Assembly (NCBI GenBank): GCA_964057225.1
Contig: OZ059894.1
Location: 558,001 to 622,000, forward strand
Length of the DNA: 64,000 nt
Origin: Auanema rhodensis
Taxonomy: Eukaryota > Animalia > Nematoda
Reading direction: 5' to 3'
The position numbers were made by a program, and so were the translations under genes. The notes beneath the pieces were generated by a model. It did not search any database. It was not told the DNA's origin and saw only the letters and a program-made list of their open reading frames with translations. This document shows positions 42,233 to 58,600 of the stretch, one piece after another. Numbering within the stretch: the stretch's first letter is position 1; each line of letters starts with the position of its first letter.

Positions 42233-45200
42233 AATTTTGAAAACCGCATCTCTTTATCTTTCACGTGAAGCGAGTTACATACCAAGTGCACATCACGTGT
42301 ACATTTAATTAGCATAAATTAAAGTTCACGTAATTTTCAAAGACATGGTTACCATGAACCAATATCAATAAAAATTTGTTTTTAGACTAATATGGACATG
42401 GGGAATCTAATTTTGAAAACCGCATCTCTTTATCTTTCACGTGAAGCGAGCTACATACCAAGTGCACATCACGTGTACATTTAATTAGCATAAATTAAAG
42501 TTCACGTAAATTTCAAAGTCATGGTTACCATGAACCAATATCAATAAAAATTTGTTTTTAGACTAATATGGACATGGGGAATCTAATTTTGAAAACCGCA
42601 TCTCTTTATCTTTCACGTGAAGCGAGTTACATACCAAGTGCACATCACGTGTACATTTAATTAGCATAAATTAAAGTTCACGTAAATTTCAAAGTCATGG
42701 TTACCATGCACCAATATCAATAAAAATTTGTTTTTAGACTAATATGGACATGGGGAATCTAATTTTGAAAACCGCATCTCTTCATCTTTCACGTGAAGCG
42801 AGTTACATACCAAGTGCACATCACGAGTACATTTAATTAGCATAAATTAAAGTTCACGTAAATTTCAAAGTCATGGTTACCATGCACCAATATCAATAAA
42901 ACTTTGTTTTTAGACTAATATGGACATGGGGAATCTAATTTTGAAAACCGCATCTCTTTATCTTTCACGTGAAGCGAGTTACATACCAAGTGCACATCAC
43001 GTGTACATTTAATTAGCATAAATTAAAGTTCACGTAAATTTCAAAGTCATGGTTACCATGCACCAATATCAATAAAAATTTGTTTTTAGACTAATATGGA
43101 CATGAGGAATCTAATTTTGAAAACCGCATCTCTTTATCTTTCACGTGAAGCGAGTTACATACCAAGTGCACATCACGTGTACATTTAATTAGCATAAATT
43201 AAAGTTCACGTAAATTTCAAAGTCATGGTTACCATGAACCAATATCAATAAAAATTTGTTTTTAGACTAATATGGACATGAGGAATCTAATTTTGAAAAC
43301 CGCATCTCTTTATCTTCCACGTGAAGCGAGTTACATACCAAGTGCACATCACGTGTACATTTAATTAGCATAAATTAAAGTTCACGTAAATTTTAAAGTC
43401 ATGGTTACCATGAACCAATATCAATAAAAATTTGTTTTTAGACTAATATGGACATGGGGAATCTAATTTTGAAAACCGCATCTCTTTATCTTCCACGTGA
43501 AGCGAGTTACATACCAAGTGCACATCACGTGTACATTTAATTAGCATAAATTAAAGTTCACGTAAATTTTAAAGTCATGGTTACCATGAACCAATATCAA
43601 TAAAAATTTGTTTTTAGACTAATATGGACATGGGGAATCTAATTTTGAAAACCGCATCTCTTTATCTTTCACGTGAAGCGAGTTACATACCAAGTGCACA
43701 TCAGGTGTACATTTAATTAGCATAAATTAAAGTTCACTTAATTTTCAAAGACATGGTTACCATGAACCAATATCAATAAAAATTTGTTTTTAGACTAATA
43801 TGGACATGGGGAATCCAATTTTGAAAACCGCATCTCTTCATCTTTCACGTGAAGCGAGTTACATACCAAGTGCACATCACGTGTACATTTAATTAGCATA
43901 AATTAAAGTTCACGTAATTTTCAAAGACATGGTTACCATGAACCAATATCAATAAAAATTTGTTTTTAGACTAATATGGACATGGGGAATCTAATTTTGA
44001 AAACCGCATCTCTTTATCTTTCACGTGAAGCGAGTTACATACCAAGTGCACATCACGTGTACATTTAATTAGCATAAATTAAAGTTCACGTAAATTTCAA
44101 AGTCATGGTTACCATGAACCAATATCAATAAAAATTTGTTATTAGACTAATATGGACATGGGGAATCTAATTGTGAAAACCGCATCTCTTTATCTTTCAC
44201 GTGAAGCAAGTTACATACCAAGTGCACATCACGTGTACATTTAATTAGCATAAATTAAAGTTCACGTAAATTTCAAAGTCATGGTTACCATGCACCAATA
44301 TCAATAAAAATTTGTTTTTAGACTAATATGGACATGGGGAATCTAATTTTGAAAACCGCATCTCTTTATCTTTCACGTGAAGCGAGTTACATACCAAGTG
44401 CACATCACGTGTACATTTAATTAGCATAAATTAAAGTTCACGTAAATTTCAAAGTCATGGTTACCATGAACCAATATCAATAAAAATTTGTTTTTAGACT
44501 AATATGGACATGGGGAATCTAATTTTGAAAACCACATCTCTTTATCTTTCACGTGAAGCGAGTTACATACCAAGTGCACATCACGTGTACATTTAATTAG
44601 CATAAATTAAAGTTCACGTAAATTTCAAAGTCATGGTTACCATGAACCAATATCAATAAAAATTTGTTTTTAGACTAATATGGACATGGGGAATCTAATT
44701 TTGAAAACCGCATCTCTTTATCTTTCACGTGAAGCAAGTTACATACCAAGTGCACATCACGTGTACATTTAATTAGCATAAATTAAAGTTCACGTAAATT
44801 TCAAAGTCATGGTTACCATGCACCAATATCAATAAAAATTTGTTTTTAGACTAATATGGACATGGGGAATCTAATTTTGAAAACCGCATCTCTTTATCTT
44901 TCACGTGAAGCGAGTTACATACCAAGTGCACATCACGTGTACATTTAATTAGCATAAATTAAAGTTCACGTAAATTTCAAAGTCATGGTTACCATGAACC
45001 AATATCAATAAAAATTTGTTTTTAGACTAATATGGACATGGGGAATCTAATTTTGAAAACCACATCTCTTTATCTTTCACGTGAAGCGAGTTACATACCA
45101 AGTGCACATCACGTGTACATTTAATTAGCATAAATTAAAGTTCACGTAAATTTCAAAGTCATGGTTACCATGAACCAATATCAATAAAAATTTGTTTTTA

Positions 45201-48200
45201 GACTAATATGGACATGGGGAATCTAATTTTGAAAACCGCATCTCTTTATCTTCCACGTGAAGCGAGTTACATACCAAGTGCACATCACGTGTACATTTAA
45301 TTAGCATAAATTAAAGTTCACGTAAATTTCAAAGTCATGGTTACCATGAACCAATATCAATAAAAATTTGTTTTTAGACTAATATGGACATGGGGAATCT
45401 AATTTTGAAAACCGCATCTCTTTATCTTTCACGTGAAGCGAGTTACATACCAAGTGCACATCACGTGTACATTTAATTAGCATAAATTGAAGTTCACGTA
45501 AATTTCAAAGTCATGGTTACCATGCACCAATATCAATAAAAATTCGTTTTTAGACTAATATGGACATGGGGAATCTAATTTTGAAAACCGCATCTCTTTA
45601 TCTTTCACGTGAAGCGAGTTACATACCAAGTGCACATCAGGTGTACATTTAATTAGCATAAATTAAAGTTCACGTAAATTTCGAAGTCATGGTTACCATG
45701 CACCAATATCAATAAAAATTTGTTTTTAGACTAATATGGACATGGGGAATCTAATTTTGAAAACCGCATCTCTTTATCTTTCACGTGAAGCGAGTTACAT
45801 ACCAAGTGCACATCACGTGTACATTTAATTAGCATAAATTAAAGTTCACGTAAATTTCAAAGTCATGGTTACCATGAACCAATATCAATAAAAATTTGTT
45901 TTTAGACTAATATGGACATGGGGAATCTAATTTTGAAAACCGCATCTCTTTATCTTTCACGTGACGCAAGTTACATACCAAGTGCACATCACGTGTACAT
46001 TTAATTAGCATAAATTAAAGTTCACGTAAATTTCAAAGTCATGGTTACCATGCACCAATATCAATAAAAATTTGTTTTTAGACTAATATGGACATGGGGA
46101 ATCTAATTTTGAAAACCGCATCTCTTTATCTTTCACGTGAAGCGAGTTACATACCAAGTGCACATCACGTGTACATTTAATTAGCATAAATTAAAGTTCA
46201 CGTAAATTTCAAAGTCATGGTTACCATGAACCAATATCAATAAAAATTTGTTTTTAGACTAATATGGACATGGGGAATCTAATTTTGGAAACCGCATCTC
46301 TTTATCTTTCACGTGAAGCGAGTTACATACCAAGTGCACATCACGTGTACATTTAATTAGCATAAATTAAAGTTCACGTAAATTTCAAAGTCATGGTTAC
46401 CATGAACCAATATCAATAAAAATTTGTTTTTAGACTAATATGGACATGGGGAATCTAATTTTGAAAACCGCATCTCTTTATCTTTCACGTGAAGCGAGTT
46501 ACATACCAAGTGCACATCACGTGTACATTTAATTAGCATAAATTGAAGTTCACGTAAATTTCAAAGTCATGGTTACCATGCACCAATATCAATAAAAATT
46601 TGTTTTTAGACTAATATGGACATGGGGAATCTAATTTTGAAAACCGCATCTCTTTATCTTTCACGTGAAGCAAGTTACATACCAAGTGCACATCACGTGT
46701 ACATTTAATTAGCATAAATTAAAGTTCACGTAAATTTCAAAGTCATGGTTACCATGCACCAATATCAATAAAAATTTGTTTTTAGACTAATATGGACATG
46801 GGGAATCTAATTTTGAAAACCGCATCTCTTTATCTTTCACGTGAAGCGAGTTACATACCAAGTGCACATCACGTGTACATTTAATTAGCATAAATTGAAG
46901 TTCACGTAAATTTCAAAGTCATGGTTACCATGCACCAATATCAATAACAATTTGTTTTTAGACTAATATGGACATGGGGAATCTAATTTTGAAAACCGCA
47001 TCTCTTTATCTTTCACGTGAAGCGAGTTACATACCAAGTGCACATCACGTGTACATTTAATTAGCATAAATTGAAGTTCACGTAAATTTCAAAGTCATGG
47101 TTACCATGCACCAATATCAATAACAATTTGTTTTTAGACTAATATGGACATGGGGAATCTAATTTTGAAAACCGCATCTCTTTATCTTTCACGTGAAGCG
47201 AGTTACATACCAAGTGCACATCACGTGTACATTTAATTAGCATAAATTGAAGTTCACGTAAATTTCAAAGTCATGGTTACCATGCACCAATATCAATAAC
47301 AATTTGTTTTTAGACTAATATGGACATGGGGAATCTAATTTTGAAAACCGCATCTCTTTATCTTTCACGTGAAGCGAGTTACATACCAAGTGCACATCAC
47401 GTGTACATTTAATTAGCATAAATTGAAGTTCACGTAAATTTCAAAGTCATGGTTACCATGCACCAATATCAATAAAAATTTGTTTTTAGACTAATATGGA
47501 CATGGGGAATCTAATTTTGAAAACCGCATCTCTTTATCTTTCACGTGAAGCGAGTTACATACTAAGTGCACATCACGTGTACATTTAATTAGCATAAATT
47601 GAAGTTCACGTAAATTTCAAAGTCATGGTTACCATGCACCAATATCAATAACAATTTGTTTTTAGACTAATATGGACATGGGGAATCTAATTTTGAAAAC
47701 CGCATCTCTTTATCTTTCACGTGAAGCGAGTTACATACCAAGTGCACATCACGTGTACATTTAATTAGCATAAATTGAAGTTCACGTAAATTTCAAAGTC
47801 ATGGTTACCATGCACCAATATCAATAAAAATTTGTTTTTAGACTAATATGGACATGGGGAATCTAATTTTGAAAACCGCATCTCTTTATCTTTCACGTGA
47901 AGCGAGTTACATACCAAGTGCACATCACGTGTACATTTAATTAGCATAAATTAAAGTTCACGTAATTTTCAAAGACATGGTTACCATGAACCAATATCAA
48001 TAAAAATTTGTTTTTAGACTAATATGGACATGGGGAATCTAATTTTGAAAACCGCATCTCTTTATCTTTCACGTGAAGCGAGCTACATACCAAGTGCACA
48101 TCACGTGTACATTTAATTAGCATAAATTAAAGTTCACGTAAATTTCAAAGTCATGGTTACCATGAACCAATATCAATAAAAATTTGTTTTTAGACTAATA

Positions 48201-51200
48201 TGGACATGGGGAATCTAATTTTGAAAACCGCATCTCTTTATCTTTCACGTGAAGCGAGTTACATACCAAGTGCACATCACGTGTACATTTAATTAGCATA
48301 AATTAAAGTTCACGTAAATTTCAAAGTCATGGTTACCATGCACCAATATCAATAAAAATTTGTTTTTAGACTAATATGGACATGGGGAATCTAATTTTGA
48401 AAACCGCATCTCTTCATCTTTCACGTGAAGCGAGTTACATACCAAGTGCACATCACGAGTACATTTAATTAGCATAAATTAAAGTTCACGTAAATTTCAA
48501 AGTCATGGTTACCATGCACCAATATCAATAAAACTTTGTTTTTAGACTAATATGGACATGGGGAATCTAATTTTGAAAACCGCATCTCTTTATCTTTCAC
48601 GTGAAGCGAGTTACATACCAAGTGCACATCACGTGTACATTTAATTAGCATAAATTAAAGTTCACGTAAATTTCAAAGTCATGGTTACCATGCACCAATA
48701 TCAATAAAAATTTGTTTTTAGACTAATATGGACATGAGGAATCTAATTTTGAAAACCGCATCTCTTTATCTTTCACGTGAAGCGAGTTACATACCAAGTG
48801 CACATCACGTGTACATTTAATTAGCATAAATTAAAGTTCACGTAAATTTCAAAGTCATGGTTACCATGAACCAATATCAATAAAAATTTGTTTTTAGACT
48901 AATATGGACATGAGGAATCTAATTTTGAAAACCGCATCTCTTTATCTTCCACGTGAAGCGAGTTACATACCAAGTGCACATCACGTGTACATTTAATTAG
49001 CATAAATTAAAGTTCACGTAAATTTTAAAGTCATGGTTACCATGAACCAATATCAATAAAAATTTGTTTTTAGACTAATATGGACATGGGGAATCTAATT
49101 TTGAAAACCGCATCTCTTTATCTTCCACGTGAAGCGAGTTACATACCAAGTGCACATCACGTGTACATTTAATTAGCATAAATTAAAGTTCACGTAAATT
49201 TTAAAGTCATGGTTACCATGAACCAATATCAATAAAAATTTGTTTTTAGACTAATATGGACATGGGGAATCTAATTTTGAAAACCGCATCTCTTTATCTT
49301 TCACGTGAAGCGAGTTACATACCAAGTGCACATCAGGTGTACATTTAATTAGCATAAATTAAAGTTCACGTAATTTTCAAAGACATGGTTACCATGAACC
49401 AATATCAATAAAAATTTGTTTTTAGACTAATATGGACATGGGGAATCCAATTTTGAAAACCGCATCTCTTCATCTTTCACGTGAAGCGAGTTACATACCA
49501 AGTGCACATCACGTGTACATTTAATTAGCATAAATTAAAGTTCACGTAATTTTCAAAGACATGGTTACCATGAACCAATATCAATAAAAATTTGTTTTTA
49601 GACTAATATGGACATGGGGAATCTAATTTTGAAAACCGCATCTCTTTATCTTTCACGTGAAGCGAGTTACATACCAAGTGCACATCACGTGTACATTTAA
49701 TTAGCATAAATTAAAGTTCACGTAAATTTCAAAGTCATGGTTACCATGAACCAATATCAATAAAAATTTGTTATTAGACTAATATGGACATGGGGAATCT
49801 AATTGTGAAAACCGCATCTCTTTATCTTTCACGTGAAGCAAGTTACATACCAAGTGCACATCACGTGTACATTTAATTAGCATAAATTAAAGTTCACGTA
49901 AATTTCAAAGTCATGGTTACCATGCACCAATATCAATAAAAATTTGTTTTTAGACTAATATGGACATGGGGAATCTAATTTTGAAAACCGCATCTCTTTA
50001 TCTTTCACGTGAAGCGAGTTACATACCAAGTGCACATCACGTGTACATTTAATTAGCATAAATTAAAGTTCACGTAAATTTCAAAGTCATGGTTACCATG
50101 AACCAATATCAATAAAAATTTGTTTTTAGACTAATATGGACATGGGGAATCTAATTTTGAAAACCACATCTCTTTATCTTTCACGTGAAGCGAGTTACAT
50201 ACCAAGTGCACATCACGTGTACATTTAATTAGCATAAATTAAAGTTCACGTAAATTTCAAAGTCATGGTTACCATGAACCAATATCAATAAAAATTTGTT
50301 TTTAGACTAATATGGACATGGGGAATCTAATTTTGAAAACCGCATCTCTTTATCTTTCACGTGAAGCAAGTTACATACCAAGTGCACATCACGTGTACAT
50401 TTAATTAGCATAAATTAAAGTTCACGTAAATTTCAAAGTCATGGTTACCATGCACCAATATCAATAAAAATTTGTTTTTAGACTAATATGGACATGGGGA
50501 ATCTAATTTTGAAAACCGCATCTCTTTATCTTTCACGTGAAGCGAGTTACATACCAAGTGCACATCACGTGTACATTTAATTAGCATAAATTAAAGTTCA
50601 CGTAAATTTCAAAGTCATGGTTACCATGAACCAATATCAATAAAAATTTGTTTTTAGACTAATATGGACATGGGGAATCTAATTTTGAAAACCACATCTC
50701 TTTATCTTTCACGTGAAGCGAGTTACATACCAAGTGCACATCACGTGTACATTTAATTAGCATAAATTAAAGTTCACGTAAATTTCAAAGTCATGGTTAC
50801 CATGAACCAATATCAATAAAAATTTGTTTTTAGACTAATATGGACATGGGGAATCTAATTTTGAAAACCGCATCTCTTTATCTTCCACGTGAAGCGAGTT
50901 ACATACCAAGTGCACATCACGTGTACATTTAATTAGCATAAATTAAAGTTCACGTAAATTTCAAAGTCATGGTTACCATGAACCAATATCAATAAAAATT
51001 TGTTTTTAGACTAATATGGACATGGGGAATCTAATTTTGAAAACCGCATCTCTTTATCTTTCACGTGAAGCGAGTTACATACCAAGTGCACATCACGTGT
51101 ACATTTAATTAGCATAAATTGAAGTTCACGTAAATTTCAAAGTCATGGTTACCATGCACCAATATCAATAAAAATTCGTTTTTAGACTAATATGGACATG

Positions 51201-52616
51201 GGGAATCTAATTTTGAAAACCGCATCTCTTTATCTTTCACGTGAAGCGAGTTACATACCAAGTGCACATCAGGTGTACATTTAATTAGCATAAATTAAAG
51301 TTCACGTAAATTTCGAAGTCATGGTTACCATGCACCAATATCAATAAAAATTTGTTTTTAGACTAATATGGACATGGGGAATCTAATTTTGAAAACCGCA
51401 TCTCTTTATCTTTCACGTGAAGCGAGTTACATACCAAGTGCACATCACGTGTACATTTAATTAGCATAAATTAAAGTTCACGTAAATTTCAAAGTCATGG
51501 TTACCATGAACCAATATCAATAAAAATTTGTTTTTAGACTAATATGGACATGGGGAATCTAATTTTGAAAACCGCATCTCTTTATCTTTCACGTGACGCA
51601 AGTTACATACCAAGTGCACATCACGTGTACATTTAATTAGCATAAATTAAAGTTCACGTAAATTTCAAAGTCATGGTTACCATGCACCAATATCAATAAA
51701 AATTTGTTTTTAGACTAATATGGACATGGGGAATCTAATTTTGAAAACCGCATCTCTTTATCTTTCACGTGAAGCGAGTTACATACCAAGTGCACATCAC
51801 GTGTACATTTAATTAGCATAAATTAAAGTTCACGTAAATTTCAAAGTCATGGTTACCATGAACCAATATCAATAAAAATTTGTTTTTAGACTAATATGGA
51901 CATGGGGAATCTAATTTTGGAAACCGCATCTCTTTATCTTTCACGTGAAGCGAGTTACATACCAAGTGCACATCACGTGTACATTTAATTAGCATAAATT
52001 AAAGTTCACGTAAATTTCAAAGTCATGGTTACCATGAACCAATATCAATAAAAATTTGTTTTTAGACTAATATGGACATGGGGAATCTAATTTTGAAAAC
52101 CGCATCTCTTTATCTTTCACGTGAAGCGAGTTACATACCAAGTGCACATCACGTGTACATTTAATTAGCATAAATTGAAGTTCACGTAAATTTCAAAGTC
52201 ATGGTTACCATGCACCAATATCAATAAAAATTTGTTTTTAGACTAATATGGACATGGGGAATCTAATTTTGAAAACCGCATCTCTTTATCTTTCACGTGA
52301 AGCAAGTTACATACCAAGTGCACATCACGTGTACATTTAATTAGCATAAATTAAAGTTCACGTAAATTTCAAAGTCATGGTTACCATGCACCAATATCAA
52401 TAAAAATTTGTTTTTAGACTAATATGGACATGGGGAATCTAATTTTGAAAACCGCATCTCTTTATCTTTCACGTGAAGCGAGTTACATACTAAGTGCACA
52501 TCACGTGTACATTTAATTAGCATAAATTGAAGTTCACGTAAATTTCAAAGTCATGGTTACCATGCACCAATATCAATAACAATTTGTTTTTAGACTAATA
52601 TGGACATGGGGAATCT
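42233..52616. repeat. 32-monomer (5632-bp) higher-order duplication; second copy incomplete
   Basis: Rare variants at a 5632 offset: GAGTAC 42826/48458, GTTATTAG 44141/49773, TTCGAAG 45683/51315, GTGACGC 45965/51597. Confidence 0.92.
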
Positions 52617-55600
52617 AATTTTGAAAACCGCATCTCTTTATCTTTCACGTGAAGCGAGTTACATACCAAGTGCACATCACGTGTACATTTAATTAACATA
52701 AATTAAAGTTCACGTAAATTTCAAAGTCATGGTTACCATGCACCAATATCAATAAAAATTTGTTTTTAGACTAATATGGACATGGGGAATCTAATTTTAA
52801 AAACCGCATCTCTTTATCTTTCACGTGAAGCGAGTTACATACCAAGTACTCATCACGTGTACATTTAATTAGCATAAATTAAAGTTCACGTAATTTTCAA
52901 AGACATGGTTACCATGAACCAATATCAATAAAAATTTGTTTTTAGACTAATATGGACATGGGGAATCTAATTTTGAAAACCGCATCTCTTTATCTTTCAC
53001 GTGGAGCAAGTTACATACCAAGTGCACATCACGTGTACATTTAATTAGCATAAATTAAAGTTCACGTAAATTTCAAAGTCATGGTTACCATGCACCAATA
53101 TCAATAAAAATTTGTTTTTAGACTAATATGGACATGGGGAATCTAATTTTGAAAACCGCATCTCTTTATCTTTCACGTAAAGCTAGTTACATACCAAGTG
53201 CACATCACGTGTACATTTAATTAGCATAAATTGAAGTTCACGTAAATTTCAAAGTCATGGTTACCATGCACCAATATCAATAACAATTTGTTTTTAGACT
53301 AATATGGACATGGGGAATCTAATTTTGAAAACCGCATCTCTTTATCTCTCACGTGAAGCGAGTTACATACCAAGTGCACATCACGTGTACATTTAATTAG
53401 CATAAATTAAAGTTCACGTAAATTTCAAAGTCATGGTTACCATGAACCAATATCAATAAAAATTTGTTTTAGACTAATATGGACATGGGGAATCTAATTT
53501 TGAAAACCGCATCTCTTTATCTTTCACGTGAAGCTAGTTACATACCAAGTGCACATCACGTGTACATTTAATTAGCATAAATTAAAGTTCACGTAAATTT
53601 CAAAGTCATGGTTACCATGCACCAATATCAATAAAAATTTGTTTTTAGACTAATATGGACATGGGGAATCTAATTTTGAAAACCGCATCTCTTTATCTTT
53701 CACGTGAAGCGAGTTACATACCAAGTGCACATCACGTGTACATTTAATTAGCATAAATTAAAGTTCACGTAAATTTCAAAGTCATGGTTACCATGAACCA
53801 ATATCAATAAAAATTTGTTTTTAGACTAATATGGACATGGGGAATCTAATTTTGAAAACCGCATCTCTTTATCTTTCACGTGAAGCAAGTTACATACCAA
53901 GTGCACATCACGTGTACATTTAATTAGCATAAATTAAAGTTCACGTAAATTTCAAAGTCATGGTTACCATGAACCAATATCAATAAAAATTTGTTTTTAG
54001 ACTAATATGGACATGGGGAATCTAATTTTGAAAACCGCATCTCTTTATCTTTCACGTGAAGCAAGTTACATACCAAGTGCACATCACGTGTACATTTAAT
54101 TAGCATAAATTAAAGTTCACGTAAATTTCAAAGTCATGGTTACCATGAACCAATATCAATAAAAATTTGTTTTAGACTAATATGGACATGGGGAATCTAA
54201 TTTTGAAAACCGCATCTCTTTATCTTTCACGTGAAGCAAGTTACATACCAAGTGCACATCACGTGTACATTTAATTAGCATAAATTAAAGTTCACGTAAA
54301 TTTCAAAGTCATGGTTACCATGCACCAATATCAATAAAAATTTGTTTTTAGACTAATATGGACATGGGGAATCTAATTTTGAAAACCGCATCTCTTTATC
54401 TTTCACGTGAAGCGAATTACATACCAAGTGCACATCACGTGTACATTTAATTAGCATAAATTAAAGTTCACGTAAATTTCAAAGTCATGGTTACCATGAA
54501 CCAATATCAATAAAAATTTGTTTTTAGACTAATATGGACATGGGGAATCTAATTTTGAAAACCGCATCTCTTTATCTTTCACGTGAAGCGAGTTACATAC
54601 CAAGTGCACATCACGTGTACATTTAATTAGCATAAATTAAAGTTCACGTAAATTTCAAAGTCATGGTTACCATGCACCAATATCAATAAAAATTTGTTTT
54701 TAGACTAATATGGACATGGGGAATCTAATTTTGAAAACCGCATCTCTTCATTTTTCACGTGAAGCGAGTTACATACCAAGTGCACACCACGTGTACATTT
54801 AATTAGCATAAATTAAAGTTCACGTAAATTTCAAAGTCATGGTTACCATGCACCAATATCAATAAAAATTTGTTTTTAGACTAATATGGACATGGGGAAT
54901 CTAATTTTGAAAACCGCATCTCTTTATCTTTCACGTGAAGCGAGTTACATACCAAGTGCACATCACGTGTACATTTAATTAGCATAAATTAAAGTTCACG
55001 TAAATTTCAAAGTCATGGTTACCATGAACCAATATCAATAAAAATTTGTTTTTAGACTAATATGGACATGGGGAATCTAATTTTGAAAACCGCATCTCTT
55101 TATTTTTCACGTGAAGCGAGTTACATACCAAGTGCACATCACGTGTACATTTAATTAGCATAAATTAAAGTTCACGTAAATTTCAAAGTCATGGTTACCA
55201 TGAACCAATATCAATAAAAATTTGTTTTTAGACTAATATGGACATGGGGAATCTAATTTTGAAAACCGCATCTCTTTATCTTTCACGTGAAGCGAGTTAC
55301 ATACCAAGTGCACATCACGTGTACATTTAATTAGCATAAATTAAAGTTCACGTAAATTTCAAAGTCATGGTTACCATGAACCAATATCAATAAAAATTTG
55401 TTTTTAGACTAATATGGACATGGGGAATCTAATTTTGAAAACCGCATCTCTTTATCTTTCACGTGAAGCAAGTTACATACCAAGTGCACATCACGTGTAC
55501 ATTTAATTAGCATAAATTAAAGTTCACGTAAATTTCAAAGTCATGGTTACCATGCACCAATATCAATAAAAATTTGTTTTTAGACTAATATGGACATGGG

Positions 55601-58600
55601 GAATCTAATTTTGAAAACCGCATCTCTTTATCTTTCACGTGAAGCGAGTTACATACCAAGTGCACATCACGTGTACATTTAATTAGCATAAATTAAAGTT
55701 CACGTAAATTTCAAAGTCATGGTTACCATGAACCAATATCAATAAAAATTTGTTTTTAGACTAATATGGACATGGGGAATCTAATTTTGAAAACCACATC
55801 TCTTTATCTTTCACGTGAAGCGAGTTACATACCAAGTGCACATCACGTGTACATTTAATTAGCATAAATTAAAGTTCACGTAAATTTCAAAGTCATGGTT
55901 ACCATGAACCAATATCAATAAAAATTTGTTTTTAGACTAATATGGACATGGGGAATCTAATTTTGAAAACCGCATCTCTTTATCTTTCACGTGAAGCAAG
56001 TTACATACCAAGTGCACATCACGTGTACATTTAATTAGCATAAATTAAAGTTCACGTAAATTTCAAAGTCATGGTTACCATGAACCAATATCAATAAAAA
56101 TTTGTTTTAGACTAATATGGACATGGGGAATCTAATTTTGAAAACCGCATCTCTTTATCTTTCACGTGAAGCAAGTTACATACCAAGTGCACATCACGTG
56201 TACATTTAATTAGCATAAATTAAAGTTCACGTAAATTTCAAAGTCATGGTTACCATGCACCAATATCAATAAAAATTTGTTTTTAGACTAATATGGACAT
56301 GGGGAATCTAATTTTGAAAACCGCATCTCTTTATCTTTCACGTGAAGCGAGTTACATACCAAGTGCACATCACGTGTACATTTAATTAGCATAAATTAAA
56401 GTTCACGTAAATTTCAAAGTCATGGTTACCATGAACCAATATCAATAAAAATTTGTTTTTAGACTAATATGGACATGGGGAATCTAATTTTGAAAACCGC
56501 ATCTCTTTATCTTTCACGTGAAGCGAGTTACATACCAAGTGCACATCACGTGTACATTTAATTAGCATAAATTAAAGTTCACGTAAATTTCAAAGTCATG
56601 GTTACCATGCACCAATATCAATAAAAATTTGTTTTTAGACTAATATGGACATGGGGAATCTAATTTTGAAAACCGCATCTCTTTATCTTTCACGTGAAGC
56701 AAGTTACATACCAAGTGCACATCACGTGTACATTTAATTAGCATAAATTAAAGTTCACGTAAATTTCAAAGTCATGGTTACCATGCACCAATATCAATAA
56801 AAATTTGTTTTTAGACTAATATGGACATGGGGAATCTAATTTTGAAAACCGCATCTCTTTATCTTTCACGTGAAGCTAGTTACATACCAAGTGCACATCA
56901 CGTGTACATTTAATTAGCATAAATTAAAGTTCACGTAAATTTCAAAGTCATGGTTACCATGCACCAATATCAATAAAAATTTGTTTTTAGACTAATATGG
57001 ACATGGGGAATCTAATTTTGAAAACCGCATCTCTTTATCTTTCACGTGAAGCGAGTTACATACCAAGTGCACATCACGTGTACATTTAATTAGCATAAAT
57101 TAAAGTTCACGTAAATTTCAAAGTCATGGTTACCATGCACCAATATCAATAAAAATTTGTTTTTAGACTAATATGGACATGGGGAATCTAATTTTGAAAA
57201 CCGCATCTCTTTATCTTTCACGTGAAGCAAGTTACATACCAAGTGCACATCACGTGTACATTTAATTAGCATAAATTAAAGTTCACGTAAATTTCAAAGT
57301 CATGGTTACCATGCACCAATATCAATAAAAATTTGTTTTTAGACTAATATGGACATGGGGAATCTAATTTTGAAAACCGCATCTCTTTATCTTTCACGTG
57401 AAGCGAGTTACATACCAAGTGCACATCACGTGTACATTTAATTAGCATAAATTAAAGTTCACGTAAATTTCAAAGTCATGGTTACCATGCACCAATATCA
57501 ATAAAAATTTGTTTTTAGACTAATATGGACATGGGGAATCTAATTTTGAAAACCGCATCTCTTTATTTTTCACGTGAAGCGAGTTACATACCAAGTGCAC
57601 ATCACGTGTACATTTAATTAGCATAAATTAAAGTTCACGTAAATTTCAAAGTCATGGTTACCATGCACCAATATCAATAAAAATTTGTTTTTAGACTAAT
57701 ATGGACATGGGGAATCTAATTTTGAAAACCGCATCTCTTTATCTTTCACGTGAAGCGAGTTACATACCAAGTGCACATCACGTGTACATTTAATTAGCAT
57801 AAATTAAAGTTCACGTAAATTTCAAAGTCATGGTTACCATGAACCAATATCAATAAAAATTTGTTTTTAGACTAATATGGACATGGGGAATCTAATTTTG
57901 AAAACCGCATCTCTTTATTTTTCACGTGAAGCGAGTTACATACCAAGTGCACATCACGTGTACATTTAATTAGCATAAATTAAAGTTCACGTAAATTTCA
58001 AAGTCATGGTTACCATGAACCAATATCAATAAAAATTTGTTTTTAGACTAATATGGACATGGGGAATCTAATTTTGAAAACCGCATCTCTTTATCTTTCA
58101 CGTGAAGCGAGTTACATACCAAGTGCACATCACGTGTACATTTAATTAGCATAAATTAAAGTTCACGTAAATTTCAAAGTCATGGTTACCATGAACCAAT
58201 ATCAATAAAAATTTGTTTTTAGACTAATATGGACATGGGGAATCTAATTTTGAAAACCGCATCTCTTTATCTTTCACGTGAAGCGAGTTACATACCAAGT
58301 GCACATCACGTGTACATTTAATTAGCATAAATTAAAGTTCACGTAAATTTCAAAGTCATGGTTACCATGCACCAATATCGATAAAAATTTGTTTTTAGAC
58401 TAATATGGACATGGGGAATCTAATTTTGAAAACCGCATCTCTTTATCTTTCACGTGAAGCGAGTTACATACCAAGTGCACATCACGTGTACATTTAATTA
58501 GCATAAATTAAAGTTCACGTAAATTTCAAAGTCATGGTTACCATGAACCAATATCAATAAAAATTTGTTTTTCGACTAATATGGACATGGGGAATCTAAT

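Noticed and set aside
53828-56650. Possible 11-mer duplication (T4 deletions at ~54170 and ~56105, offset 1935)
   Set aside because: Only a few near-consensus monomers around the deletion match, and other markers (GCGAAT 54416, CACACC 54787) are not shared. This is too weak to list as a HOR.
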